The notes beneath the pieces are model-generated. The model saw only the letters and a list, made by a program, of their open reading frames with translations. It did not search any database and was not told where the DNA came from. This document shows positions 37,681 to 51,279 of a stretch of DNA of 64,000 nt, one piece after another; positions within the stretch are counted from its first letter, which is position 1; each line of letters starts with the position of its first letter. Location of the stretch: the NCBI RefSeq assembly GCF_006345805.1, contig NC_043006.1, positions 29,822,001-29,886,000 of the forward strand. Direction: 5' to 3'. Source of the DNA: Octopus sinensis (lineage: Eukaryota). The position numbers and the translations under genes were made by a program.

Positions 37681-38516
37681 CACATAGAGGCACACACTCG
37701 GATTATAGATGCGCGCGCATGTGTGTGTGTGTGTGGTGTGTGTGTGTGTGGTGTGTGTGTGTGTGTTGTGTGTGTGTGTTGGGGTGGGGTGTCTTAGAAA
37801 TATAAGACATTTTAGTTTCGAGTTTGTTTTTGATTTTAATATTTTTGGACGGTGATAATAATATCAACTTTAAAGAAACCCAACCCATAGTTGAGATGTT
37901 TTGAGGATCTCTGGTAGAGAATTAATAATAAAAACTAAAATAAAAAAAAGAGGGTTCCTCCTAAATAAAAACACTAAAAATAACCCAACCTCTGTTTAAA
38001 GATAAACAAGTTGGGGTGATATTATTAGGAAGAGTTTGGCGTTTTGCGCAACTGACTTAATTTATTGGAAGTTGAAAAGTTACGTGTCTAAAGCGACACT
38101 GCTTCTGCTTCTTATCTGCATCCCAGTGAATCTGGTGGAGATAACAAACACACATTATATCTTTAATCATCTTCCGTCTTTTATCATCAGCAAAATACGG
38201 TACACATATGTTTGTCCAAAAGACTTGGTAGATAAAAGAAATTATACGTTTCCATAAGAAGAAAGTTATTATTTATTATGACAGAAAATATTCATCTCCT
38301 TTGCAGAACCGTCTGAAATTCGGAATTTAAACGATAAACCAGATACATCTTGGTTACAGATTTGCCTGTTCTCTGCGAGAACTGTCTTATTTATATAGAA
38401 ATCAATGCCGCCTAAGAGACTGTTATGAAAAATATTAAATATCATTAAATGTCGGCTTGGGACATTTTTCTTGCCGAAACTAGTCATCTGCTTTGACAAA
38501 ATTGAATGTGTGCGTG

Positions 38517-38602
<86 letters not shown>

Positions 38603-38814
38603 GTATGTGTATGTAAATATATGGGTGGTACTTAAGGAGAAAATACAGTACTCAATACTGAAAATAATGTGTTACTGGTTATTGGCAGCTAAAACTTCAA
38701 AAATCATTGCTCCAAGTTTCTAGTTGTTGATCTTCAGATGAAGATATAAAAAAAATAGAAAATATGACAGTCGTTTCAGCAGATGAAATGGAAATATTTC
38801 AATATGGACGGAAG

Positions 38815-39030
38815 TGTTGCGAGCTGGCCGAATCGTTAGAGCATCGGAAGAAGTGTTTGTAATATTTCTTCCGGTCCTTTACATTCTGAGTTCAAACTCT
38901 GCCATGGTAAACTTTGCTTTTCAAGCTTTCGGTGTCGATAAAGTAAAGTACCAATCAAGTATTGAAGTCGATGCAATTGACAAACTCGTTCCCTAAAAAC
39001 AGATGACCTTGTACCAAAAACTGAAACCAA
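38815..39030 (+). mobile_element. SINE family A, diverged, type-2 tail
   Basis: gcgagctggccgaatcgttag...ttctgagttcaaa...gtcgataaagtaaagtacc...ccttgtaccaaaa. Confidence 0.75.
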
Positions 39031-40816
39031 TTGATTTTTTAATGTTTGACATAACCTTGGCACACAATATTAAAAATGAAAGTGGTAAATGGGATTATGC
39101 TGTTTAGGGACAAGAATATAGAGAAATTAAGCGGAAAAGGTAAAGAAGGATTTTTTCTCACCTAATCCAGTATAAATACAATGCTATTTATTATCTGAGA
39201 GTTTGTGCAATAAAGCAATGATTTCGAAAGGTAATTATTGTTCTGTGTAGAGTTTTTCGGAACAATACAATTACAGTTAGGAAAAGATGTTTTATTATTA
39301 TTGTCGGAGAGTCTTTTTTTAGTTGAAATGGCCAAATTTTAACTTCGATTCTGAAAATGATATGTTTATGGTTTGATGAAAACTAAAATGAAACTAAATT
39401 TAGAAATTCCCTGGCGATATTTGTTCTTGCATTAAAATTGAAAGTTGAATCACATTGCAGGATATTTTTGATATATTCTTACACTTAGGAGAATAGAGCA
39501 TAGTATATTTTGTTTTATCAGAAAAATTGTTATTAAGTAAAGCCTCGTTATAATGCGAAACGCTAAAAGATGAGTCTCCCTCATCCATTGATATTTAAGA
39601 GATAATATTTAAAATGTGATTTACAAAAATAATGGGGTGGTAACTGGAATTCTTGTTTATATGAAATAATTCCTTGTTAGCTTTTCTCTAACTGCAGGGT
39701 TTATTCATGCCTAAGTATGAAACGATATTTAAATAATTAACAATATTAAGAATGCTATCAACTGTGATTCTTAAAACTAAAACAGTAAAGAGCTTTAGAC
39801 CTTTTCTTAGTCTAACTGAAGGTCATTCATATTATGCGCATTTAGCAGTCCCTCGTCTCTATAAAAACCTCCATTCAAAGTAAACAAATGAAAATTACGA
39901 TGTTTCATAGTTCCGCGTCATCATACACCTTCATGGGGAAACCAAATAATTCGTGCAAACAGTTTCACAATGTTTGTAATAACACGCACAATCACACATA
40001 TTGCAAAATCTATGCTATTTTCGAATGGAAAGATTCCGGTCAGAACTTGTTAAGTAATTTTTTATTCAAGAAGCAAGGATGAAATCGTTCTGTAAGTTAG
40101 GTGTGATAACAACACCTTTTATTACGCCTTTATCAGATCAAGTGGGCAAAGGAAATATATAATCAATATTGATGCTAGAGTATAAGTTATCAAGGGGCTT
40201 GAGTTTCCCAGGAGATACTATCTTCACTTGACAAAGCCGTGCATGCAAGACGACACTTTAGTACTACACTTCAATTTTGATGTCTTCAAATGATTGAAAA
40301 GTTTCCATACCATTTCAACTAGCAACAACAATAACTCTAACCAGAAACAGAGACCGAAACTCCACCAAATCACACTTTAGTATCTTAAATAAAGGGGGCA
40401 GTTTGATGTAGTCTACCTTTCATAATCTATGAAAAATTGGTGATGGTCATAGCTGGAATTCCTTTAAATTATAAATCTGCTTGGTCAGTACTGACTTGGG
40501 ATTAAACAACGTTATCCCAGTTAATACTGGCATTATTACAAATAGTAAGTAAGAATATGAAGACGACTCAACGCAAGGACGGATGACCAGAAGCTAAGCA
40601 ACACAAGAGAACCACTATGTAGTTACTAGACCGACTAGAAATATCAGCCAAAGTTTTCTTAAATTACACGTTACCATCTTTTAAAAGGATATATTGCATA
40701 ATAACGTCCTGCTTTTCAAAAAGATCAGATTGTCAAGGTTATAGCATCAATCATCTTAAATTTATTCGATCAGGGAAAAATTGAAGTTAAATAGCAGCAA
40801 TAAGGGAACATATATA

Positions 40817-41031
40817 CGAGGAGATGCTGCAAAGTTGCTGGTTTTAAGGGTATCGCGTAAGACCTAGTCAGAGGTCCACCCTTCCAAGTTCTTTTACAGG
40901 GCTTAGAAAAACTGAAGGACCACTGCAATAAGTGTGTGAATCTGAGAGGGGAATATGGTGAATAAAATCAGTTAACTGACCATCCTGTATTTTCTTTTAC
41001 CCAAAGCCAGGAGCTTTTCAGCACCCCATCG
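40817..41031 (+). mobile_element. Mariner internally deleted derivative (MITE-like), 215 bp
   Basis: TA-cgaggagatgctgcaaagttgctgg ... ccaggagcttttcagcaccccatcg-TA; retains GLEKLKDHCNKCVNLRGEY C-terminus. Confidence 0.8.
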
Positions 41032-41350
41032 TATGTTGCTTGAAGTTTTAAAAATAGAAGCTAAATATTCCTCAAATCATACACTATTGTTCTGAGAAAG
41101 GAAGGAAGCGTTGGCTGCTGTAATTCTGCATGTCTTATGTCTTGAAAAAAGGCACGAAGATCGCATGAGGGATGCTTATTATAATAGATCTGCTTGATCA
41201 AGGCTGATCTGAAGTGAAACAAGCACAACAGCACGGGGAACACTGTTGCAATGTCACACAGCCAATCGACACTTCAACTTAGTTGACGTTCATATCAATG
41301 CACGAAAGACCCGCGATCAAAACCTGTCAGACACGCTAATATTATACCTT

Positions 41351-41462
41351 ATTGGAATCAGGATGATCCCAAGATTGAAAATCTGACCGTCATTTGGTTC
41401 TTGAACATCCAGCACTGGGATCGGAAGTAAGAGCATTTGGGTTGCTATTTCTAGCAGGTAAA
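41351..41462 (+). repeat. Unclassified dispersed repeat (partner at 5521-5635)
   Basis: Direct similarity to 5521-5635. Confidence 0.65.
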
Positions 41463-42349
41463 GCAACCGTGAGAGGTTTTAAATGGTTTACAAGAATTCC
41501 CTCCCTTAGCTATAATAATAAACGCAACATTCTGTGTCAGCTTTTTGGATTTAATACCCACACTTTGTGACAGTTATCTCTATTACCTACAATAATAAAC
41601 GCAACATTCTATCCGTCAACAAAGAATATTGTTCATCCTGCTGCTTTACAATGATCGCCAAATGTCACAGTGATGCAAAATTCTCCAATTGTGATACTCT
41701 GTGACATAAATCTGAGATAAATGTTTTACTATTGCTCTCTTCAGTTTTGGGCTGAAAGCCCAAATAGCCCTCCACAGGAGCTAACTTAAAAGTCCGCATT
41801 GAGTGTGGCTTTTAACCTTGCGTGTGTGTGTGTGTGCGCGGGTGTTTGTAAATATATATATGTAAATATGTATGTGTATGCGTCTTCTCTTTTATTTTTA
41901 ATTATTTGAAGTTTTCCTGTAAGGTAGGAGCTGGCTGTTAACAAAGGTACAAAGCTTCATAGTTGGAATGTAGGCAAAAACAAATTCACATTTTTATTTT
42001 TCTGCTTACAAATTGTATTTCTAATATAAGGGTTAAGTTGGTTGATTCCTTTGTTCTGAAAACCCGAGCTTATCCCGATTGTTGCTTGGGTTTTTACTCG
42101 CAAAATTAAATGCACAACTTATTATTTGCCTAAATGTGAATTTATAATGTAGATATAGGAGCTCGATGTTTCGAAGCAGCTATCCGTTGTTATCCTCTTT
42201 GCTTTTGATTTTCGAAACGATATTCACATCAACAGAGCAGCTGACCTGTATGACAGTCTATACTTTATCTTGTTTGTTCCAAACATTATCCAGTCTTCAA
42301 TCTTTGCACTATGTGTTCGCTTTCTCCTTTAGAATAAATTTTGACCGGG

Positions 42350-43010
42350 CAACTGCTTGGTAGCGAGATTCTGGTGGAAGGCATCTTGCTTTGTTTATCA
42401 TGCTTTAAATCTTAAGGTCTTGCAGATTTTAATGGCCCCAGATATCGTGATCATTTGCAGCGTATGAATCAAGGGGTTGCGTTCTCACCCCATGATAATA
42501 AGTTCAGCCATACTGTGCCCCAGACGGCTTGGTATGTACCCTGTTGCTCCAATAATAATAGGTATGACACTAAAAGTGTATCAAGATCCATAGATGTCCT
42601 CTTTCTCTTCTATTTTTCTAACTACATTGGTGTCCAGAGGACAGCAGATTTCCACAATAGAACATATCTTTTCCTTGTGGTCACACACCATAATATCTGG
42701 CCAGCTGTGTTTTAATTTGACGGGTCTTTTATTTCGAAGTTCAACAAATATTCTTTTGAACCATTAGTCTCAATAAAGTCAACTTCGTCTGTAGGGGTTT
42801 TTTTCTATTGTTACCCTGTTCCTGACTGTTCTGGTCATCGCATCAGGCTTCATGAGAAGATAATATTTGGAAGACATTCTCTCGCAGTTGGAAACAATGT
42901 GGCTGATGCCTTTAGTCTTAGTTTTGCACAGCCTACAATCGTTGTCTGTCAACGTTTTCCACCTTTCAAGCTGTAGATACTTGAAGATCTGTTGTTCTTG
43001 AATATATGTT
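42350..43010 (-). mobile_element. R4/Dong-like LINE 3' fragment, degraded
   Basis: DCRLCKTKTKGISHIVSNCERMSSKYYL (CCHC-like), VIPIIIGATG. Confidence 0.7.
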
Positions 43011-44224
43011 ACAAAACCCTTTTGGGTTCCGAAAAACGGAGTGAGGTGAGGTGGAAGCCTCGGAAATTTCAACCCCCATCCCCATTGATCTTTTCACCCG
43101 CACGATTTTCACTAAGGAACATAATTTTGTTATTATTTAGCCTCAAATCAACCCTGATACAGCAAACCTATCATCAAAAACTGCGTAATGAGATTTTTTT
43201 TACACATATATGTATGTGTATATATTATCGCTATATATGTATATCATTGACACATATCAAACACGAATTTGGCCATTGTCACTCTGTAACTTCTGCCTAT
43301 TATTAATGTGTGTGTGTGTATGTAACGGACCCGGAAGTTGTTCACAAACAGCAGCAGTAAAATTCTTCAGCTGAATACAGGTCATTGATTGGTTAAAATT
43401 ACTCAAATACGAAAACTTTAACACGAAATAACTTCTAAAATACAAAATTTTGTCAAAAACATTACGAGTAAACCCTGTCCTATGTGACACATTCTACCAG
43501 TATCTGAAGTTTCAAAGTGTTTAGTTAAAAACAATTTTTTTCAATCTGGCCGTCAAATTGAATAGATCCCGAACCCCATCATTTGTGTGTGTGTGTGGTG
43601 TGTGTGTGGTGTGTGTGTGTGTGTGTCTATCTGTCTGTCTGTATCTGTATGTATGTATGCATGCTTATGTGTGTATATGTGCATGAGAGTCTTGAACTGA
43701 ATAGCAATAACAAGAAGCATCACTGTGGTCATTAAACCTTCTAGAAAATGTAGCCAAATCACCCTCATGCCACATTTTGGATGAGATATGCGGAACCATA
43801 AACCAACATTCACTTTTCTTAACCCTTTCTCCTCTCACTCTTCCTCTCTCCCTTTCTTACACACACACATTTTTTTTTTTCGTATTTTTAAAGACCAGAG
43901 CCTGAAGCGTTGAATTCTCCTCAGTCGACATCTTGCAGCGGAGAATTAATTACACTTTTGTCTTTTTTGCCCCTGAAATCTGAATCTCATTACTCTAGGG
44001 GCTGACACGGTCCCTAAGCCAACAGATTACACCGGACTGAACCCATCTCATTACTTTTTCTATCTAGAATAATATGTTCAGCTTCACCAGTAATTAACAC
44101 GGGGAAGGGGCAACATATTATTCCTGGCATTGAAAAGTGGGAGGACTTTGATTATGTGTAGATGTACGGGTATATGTGTGACTGTTGATGCGTGTGTGAC
44201 TGTTGATGCGTGTGTGACTGTTGA

Positions 44225-44281
<57 letters not shown>

Positions 44282-44787
44282 TGTGTGTAGTCGGAGACAT
44301 TAAACAGAAAGAGAATCGAGGTGTAGGGAAGGAAATAGGAATGAGAAAGAGATGCAACAATGGGAGTCAGGTAAGTGAAATAGGGATATGATAATTTAAG
44401 CACAGCAAAAAGTTTCTTAATATATTGATATTCATTATTTATCTGTATGTATATATGTGTGTATGTATGTATGTAATGTACGTGTGTATGATGCCTGAAT
44501 ATGTATAAATACTTAGATATATATTTATATATATATATAAATGTATGTATACACGTTTGCATGTAATATATGTACATATATACAAATCCACCCATATATA
44601 TATATATATATGTCTAAATTACATGTTCGAATAAGTATGAGCATATATAAATATATATTCATACATACACACACACACACACACACACACATTTATATAC
44701 GCATACATATATATACACACACGCATACATACATATACGAGCGAGCGTGTGTGTGTGTGCGTGCGTGTGTGTGTGTGTGTGTGTGTG

Positions 44788-44843
<56 letters not shown>

Positions 44844-45162
44844 AAGCTGTGTACATGCACGTATATACACGTGGGAGATAAAGCAGGGGATAACAACAGC
44901 GAGTGGCTGTAAAGAGAAGTGGTAGGAAGAGAAAAGGAAAAGATGAGCGATGATGATGATGATGATGTCGTTGTGGTCGGCATCAGGAAATGGAATTTAA
45001 TGTAAAACATATGGCGAGAGAGAAGAGATGATGCTGGTTGCTGCGTCCAGATAGCAAGAAGACACGGTGGGAAATCAGTGGGAAAAAAAAAAAAGAATGA
45101 AGGTAACATCAGGAAACTGGCCGACCGCCGCAGATGTAGTCGGTATTCTACATATCACACGC

Positions 45163-45205
<43 letters not shown>

Positions 45206-45499
45206 CACGCACGCACACACACACGCGCGCACACACACACACATACACACACACACACACGCATGCTCATACTTAATACTCACATACATAATACAAACTG
45301 ACTGACAGACAGGCAGTCAGTGATAATCTTGCCATTCTCAGAGAAGAATTAATTTTTCAACCAGTGTGTCTCGAATTATGGAGTGCATGAAATTGGCAAG
45401 GAATGGAGTTGGAGGCGGGTGGCAGAAGATGCCGTTTCGAAACAACTTTTACCCGACCAATGTTTCGTATGGGCTGCTGACATTGACGATTTGGATAGA

Positions 45500-45510
45500 C
45501 CTGTTGTTGT

Positions 45511-45554
<44 letters not shown>

Positions 45555-45570
45555 GTGATGATGGTGATGG

Positions 45571-45604
<34 letters not shown>

Positions 45605-45616
45605 GATGATGATGAA

Positions 45617-45649
<33 letters not shown>

Positions 45650-45820
45650 GGTGGTGATGGTGGTGGAGGTGGTGGTGGTGATGATGATGGTGGTGGTGGT
45701 GGTGGTGGTGGAAAGAGGTGATGATAACAACGACGACAGTGGTGATGGCAGTTGTGATGATGGTCGTGATGAGTGTATTTCTGGTGGTGGTTGTGGTGGT
45801 GGTGATGGTGATGGTTTCTG
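45500..45820. repeat. (GAT)n/(GGT)n compound trinucleotide repeat
   Basis: Directly visible; source of the poly-H, poly-D and poly-M ORFs. Confidence 0.95.
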
Positions 45821-46088
45821 TTGTGATGTTGGGAGTTGTGGAGTGCAAAAAGTGGTAAAGAGATGCGTGGTTGGGGGGTTGGACGTTGTTTGGAATTAAG
45901 TGTGTCAGGCCGAGCCATCGAAACAAAAATGCAGCGAGAAAGACAGAAGAATAAAACAAAACAAAAAAAACTAGGTTTATGTGAAAGATCAAACATACAT
46001 AAACACATAATAGTTATGATAGAGCGGCGGAGAGGGTGGCGTGTGGAAGATTAGTTCTAGAAGATAATAATGGCAGATGTGAATCAGA

Positions 46089-46126
<38 letters not shown>

Positions 46127-46322
46127 ATGCATGTGTGTGTGCGTGCGCGTGTATGTATTGTCTGAGAGTCGCAGCTGGGCGAATGGTTAGAGTACTGGCA
46201 TCACCAGCAGATGAGTCGAGGGTTCGTATTTTGTCTCCGCTATCTTCATCACCTTCACATTTTCACTTTGCTACATCAATCTATTTAGTATTTAGCACGC
46301 CAAAAAAATAAGATCTTCTACT

Positions 46323-46585
46323 CAGTGGTTCTCAACCATTTTTTATCTATGGACCCCTTTATTCCTATTCTGTTCTGGTGGACCCCCATAGCAATTCAAA
46401 GTTTAAAAACTAGTTTTATAGACCTTCTTTTCTAAATTCCTATTTTGTTCTTCACACAATAACTCGTGTAAGTTGAACTATGTAAAATGTTTGTGAAAGA
46501 AACTTCGCTGTTTCTTGCAATAAATACACCGAAAGCTAAATCTTTTTCATGGACCCTGAAAATACTACCGCGGTTCCCCAGTTTA
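46323..46585 (+). mobile_element. hAT-Charlie-like MITE, left part
   Basis: Starts cagtggttctcaacc with ggacccc subterminal motifs; right TIR not found. Confidence 0.55.
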
Positions 46586-46659
46586 CATAAGCTTAATGGT
46601 ATTCGTTTACCTCCTCCAGGTCAACCCCTGATTGAGCAGCAATATGAACAATAACCATG

Positions 46660-46711
<52 letters not shown>

Positions 46712-47785
46712 ACAAGTGGAAGAGTAAGACAGCACTCAATACCAGAGAGAGAGTGTTATTTTTTTAATTATAACAGCTGACACCTCACATCTGGTACACG
46801 TTTCCAGTCATGAAATGGGATGTGAAATGCAATGTAAGTGGTGCGTTGACCAGAATATTATGCCTTATTTCCTGGTATAGAAGTCGAACTTTTGCGACCA
46901 AAATTTTCAGCCACAAAAGATAGTTCTAATACGACTTTAGAAGGGGAAATATTCCATGTGAAATGCTACAAGATTTGAAAAGGTAGTGAATAATGTTTGA
47001 ATGTCTACACAGCATGTTTACTCTACAAACTATGTCGACTTGTATGCAGAAAAATGTGTGAGGATACGAAAAGCTGATGATGAAAAGAAGTGAAAAGAAA
47101 TTAGAAAAAAATCGTGCATTTTACCGTAATGACCGAGGAAATGTGTGAATGGGAGGTTTATGTGTTGGCTGATTGAAATTGGAACTAAACTGAAAGTGAA
47201 TTGTAAATTGCAAAATTGTAAAGCTGTAAATTACACGCCGGGTGTTCGAATTCACTCTGATCATACACTTTCCAGTGGAATTTTGAAAAGTTGAATATTA
47301 CAGGGGATTCGTACAATCGATTCATTTTGCGATAAAATATCAGAGGAAGGTGAATAAAATAAATAATAAATATTAAACACACTTCGATTCCTCCTGTTCC
47401 CTCTATACAGCTATTCCTTATTTCCATTCCTTCACTTTGGGATTTACTTTACTCTCGATTCTTCACTTTTACTTCACTCGGCTCAAAAGCCCCTCAGTAA
47501 TAAGTCTGCAATTCTACCCTCAACACTTGTGCTAAATCACTGTCTTCAAGTAACCCACCCTTAAGTAACACAAAACAATTGCCATGCTTCTGCCAATGCA
47601 TAAGAGCATTACATGTCTAACAGTGTTAGAATTTCATAATCTTTGGAATTTTTTCCATTTTATTGCTTTTTTATTACTTAGTAATCTTGTTTATTTTTAC
47701 AGACAATCTTTAAACGTACAATTTTTTTTTTTAAATACGCAAAGGCGAACACAAAATCATTTGCAATATTTTACATTTCGAAGGC

Positions 47786-48077
47786 GGTATTTCGCCTGTT
47801 TTTACGTTCTGAGTTTAAATTTCGGGGTCGATAAATTAAGTACCAGTTACGCACTGGAGTCAATGAAATCGACTTAATCCCTTTATCTGTCCTTGTTTGC
47901 CCCTCTATGTTTAACCCCTTGTGGGCAATAAAGAAATAAGAAACGTTAGCCTTTATGTTCTGAGTTCAAATTCCACCGAGGTCAACAAATTAAGTAGCAG
48001 TTGCGTACTGGGACCGGTCTAATCGACTGCCCCCCCCCCGAAAACTTCAGGCCTTGTGCCTAGAGTAGAAAAGGATC
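47786..48077 (+). mobile_element. Two tandem SINE family A fragments (type-1 tail, then type-2 tail)
   Basis: ggggtcgataaattaagtaccagttacgcactgg...ccccttgtgggcaataaagaaat, then ttctgagttcaaattccaccgagg...ggccttgtgcc. Confidence 0.8.
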
Positions 48078-48227
48078 TTTTACATTTCGAAATTTCGCTG
48101 AAACGAGCAGAACCAGTCATAAATCCAGAACAATTACAAAGAATACGGAGACTGGTACATCTTCATAGTTTATCATTTTAGTTTCATTTTTACAGTTAAT
48201 TATACAACATAATTGGTCTATACGGCC

Positions 48228-48269
<42 letters not shown>

Positions 48270-48271
48270 CA

Positions 48272-48349
<78 letters not shown>

Positions 48350-48473
48350 TTATATATATATATATATAAATTCAGGGTGAATACTTGATAATTGCAAGCA
48401 CCTGTATATACCATTTAGTGGTGTAGGTGGTAGAGTATATTAATCAAAATAAAAACATGATGGCAAGGATTCA

Positions 48474-48550
48474 GCGGTACATATGTTTCGGACCTTTATT
48501 AGACGGATTTATAACAATGCATAATGTGTGTCTATGGCCTCTTCAGCCGC
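48474..48550 (-). ncRNA. Minimal type-I hammerhead ribozyme (left arm)
   Basis: Minus strand: gcgg-CTGAAGA-ggcc-a-tagac...gtcta...ggtcc-GAAA-CATATG-TA-ccgc. Confidence 0.8.
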
Positions 48551-48692
48551 GTACAATTACTACTTCAAGGACATGTATTACATTATAAGTTTTACGTTGG
48601 GGATGCAAATCTTCACAGTCGCGACTGTGAAGATTTGCATCCCCAACGTAAAACTTATAATGTAATACATGTCCTTGAAGTAGTAATTGTAC

Positions 48693-48770
48693 GCGGCTGA
48701 AGAAGGCCATAGACACACATTATGCATTGTTATAAATCCGTCTAATAAAGGTCCGAAACATATGTACCGC
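48693..48770 (+). ncRNA. Minimal type-I hammerhead ribozyme (right arm)
   Basis: gcgg(48693)-CTGAAGA(48697)-a-ggcc...ggtcc-GAAA(48755)-CATATG-TA(48765)-ccgc. Confidence 0.8.
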
Positions 48771-49049
48771 TGAATCCTTGGCATCATGTTTTTATTTTGA
48801 TTTATATATATATATATATATATATATAATGATATGTAAATGTAAGCTCCAAAGATCCAGGTGAAGGAAGTTAGTAAGTTTCGAGCAGTCCGTAGAAAGA
48901 ATAAAAAACAACTTTCAGGAAGAATAGTTTTGTTGGCGTAGACAGTTGTAAGTTCTTCCCATATCAAAGTTCAATAAACTGAAAAAAGGTTATTCTATTG
49001 TTCACGGTTAGCAAAGAAAAATCTAAATTGAAGGAATGGAGCGGGTAAA

Positions 49050-49135
49050 ATCCAGGCTACATATGTTTCATAGCAGAACCTCGCAAGCGATAATTACTCA
49101 ACGAGGGGGTCTCATATCTTATTTCTTCATAGGAT
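49050..49135 (-). ncRNA. Decayed hammerhead relic
   Basis: Minus strand: atcct-ATGAAGA...ctat-GAAA-CATATG-TA-gcctggat; the core C is lost and stem I is disrupted. Confidence 0.35.
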
Positions 49136-49200
49136 TTTCTATTTTCTTCTCTCACTCTGTACTTTATTGCTCAGCTTCGATCAAATCTCCTGCAAGTTAA

Positions 49201-49430
49201 CAGTAATCCCTCGGTTATCGTTTATCGCGGGTATTACGTTCCAAAAGCCCCCGCGATAGGTAAAAATCTGCGAAGTAAAAACAGTACTGTACTGTATATT
49301 CTAAAAATTATTTTTATAATTTGTATATATTTATTTTATTATTTTTATATATTTAAGCTTTTATAATCTCTTCCCACATTCTTAGAAATACCCGTGTCTT
49401 CTCTTGTTTTTTTCTTTGCGGATGAGGAAT
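49201..49430 (+). mobile_element. pogo/Tigger-like transposon left end
   Basis: cagtaatccctcg...tttatcgcgg...ccccgcgatagg resembles pogo-family TIR and subterminal sequence. Confidence 0.45.
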
Positions 49431-49640
49431 ATAGCATTTGTATAGAAAAAAACATTCATTCAATTACACAACAATTCAGTAATAATAGTTGGTCGCAGAA
49501 GTGCGACGAAACTTTTTGGTACCATATTAATTTGACCTTGTCTCGAATAAATAAACGTAAAGTGAATAAAACTACTTTTGTGCGGCGTTCTTATATGGCT
49601 AAAAGGAGTTTTTTGACCGAGTAATTGATGCATGTGTGTG

Positions 49641-49691
<51 letters not shown>

Positions 49692-49845
49692 GTGTGTGCG
49701 TGTGTGTGTGTGTGTGTGGAGAGAGAGAGAGAGAGAGAGTTATTTACACACACACATATATACTCCTTCACTCCCTCTTTCTTTTTATTTCTTTTCCCCA
49801 CGCATTCCCTCATATAATCTACATCTCTCTCTCTCTCTCTCTCTC

Positions 49846-49923
<78 letters not shown>

Positions 49924-49927
49924 CACA

Positions 49928-49965
<38 letters not shown>

Positions 49966-50789
49966 ACACACACGTCCTCCCTCAAACCCCAAAGATTTAT
50001 GCACTTATTCTATTTCTTCCAGTATTGAAATAGTTGAACTCATTATTCTTCCTTCTTCCTCCTTCTCCCCCCCTCCCGTCCTTTCTCGCCACCTCCACTA
50101 CAAGACAGTATCATCTGCACAGAATGCTTTCGTTTTTAGGGCTATTATAAAGTATCTGAGAACTCCCACGTTGCCAACTGAGATAGTTAATCCAACTTCA
50201 CAATAATTTATAAATTACCTGAAACTCAAACACGTCATCTTTGCTGGCTATGACACAGAAGAAACGTTTCAAAATGGCAAATATTCTTCCCTATGACGTC
50301 ATAAGACATTATATATTCTATTGTGCTGCCATCTTTAACGCTTGTCGCTCTTCCCTACATGGGTGGTTGGGGTCTCTTGTTTGTTTACTAGTTTCGTAGC
50401 CAACAATTATATCTTTTTTAATTATCTGCTTGTCACTTGCCTCCATTTCTATTATTCCAATTAATCTAACGGCCTATTTAACTTGTGCATTTTTTTCTAT
50501 ATTATTATTGTCGTCGTCTTTGTTGTTGTTAGTTTCAGGTAAATTTCTACGTCGTCACCTGCTACCGTGTTGAATGGTGTGTGTGTGTGTGTTGTTGAGA
50601 GTGTGCAAAACTTCCCGGTATTGTATTGCGTCAGTTTCTTTTCTTTCTTTTATGTTTGAGGTGTGGTGCAGTCTTTTGTTGCATTAGTGTTTGTATTGTG
50701 TGCTGTGTGTATAATGCGTTGGGTATCCAGATTGCTGGTGGTAGTTTATTTCATTGGATATTTGCTGACAAATTCTCCACTTCTTTTTG

Positions 50790-51240
50790 GACAATATTTT
50801 GGTCAGAAGGGACTGCAGTGTCTATAAGTAAACAGTTTTTCTGAGTTTTTTTTCTGAGCGAGTATGCATGAATGTTTTACATTCAGAATCAATGTCCTTG
50901 ATACTGGGTCACAACCAATTTTCTTAGATATCAAGGACCTTTCTGATAATCCTTGCTGTTGCTAAGTGACAAACTTTCTGTAGGAGCTCTACCAGACATT
51001 CTATTTCAATCTCCTTCAGCCATTTGTCTATATCTTGGGTTACTGTTCCCAATTATTATAGGCACCACTTTTACTGTTCACATGCTCCAAATTCTTCCTA
51101 TTTCAAATTTTAAAGGATTGTATTTGTTTTTCTTCCTCTTTCTTTACGATCCTGGAATCAAATGAGTATGATGAGTCAATAAGTAAACAACTTCGCTTTT
51201 CCTTATCTGTGATCGTAATATCTGGTCTATTGTTTTCTAA
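50790..51240 (-). mobile_element. R4/Dong-like LINE C-terminal fragment
   Basis: Minus strand: ..KWLKEIEIECLVELLQKVCHLATARIIRKVLDI*. Confidence 0.7.
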
Positions 51241-51279
51241 CTTCTTGTCTTATAGAAGAAATTATTATTTTATTTAATA

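Larger units (their letters stand above)
48442..48802. repeat. 361-bp near-perfect palindrome without a loop
   Basis: Centre cacagtcg|cgactgtg at 48621/48622; one substitution and one 1-bp indel between the ~180-bp arms. Confidence 0.97.

Noticed and set aside
38170-38215. CATATG near a minus-strand CTGATGA
   Set aside because: Reads CAAA and TG instead of GAAA and UH, in the wrong order.
45357-46008. Poly-His, poly-Asp/Gly and poly-Met ORFs of 177-211 aa
   Set aside because: All frames are open because of the (GAT)/(GGT) repeats; there is no non-repetitive coding signal.
50294-50301. CRE palindrome TGACGTCA (also 56067-56074) with YY1-like motifs nearby
   Set aside because: One or two 8-mers in 64 kb is compatible with chance, and there is no promoter context.
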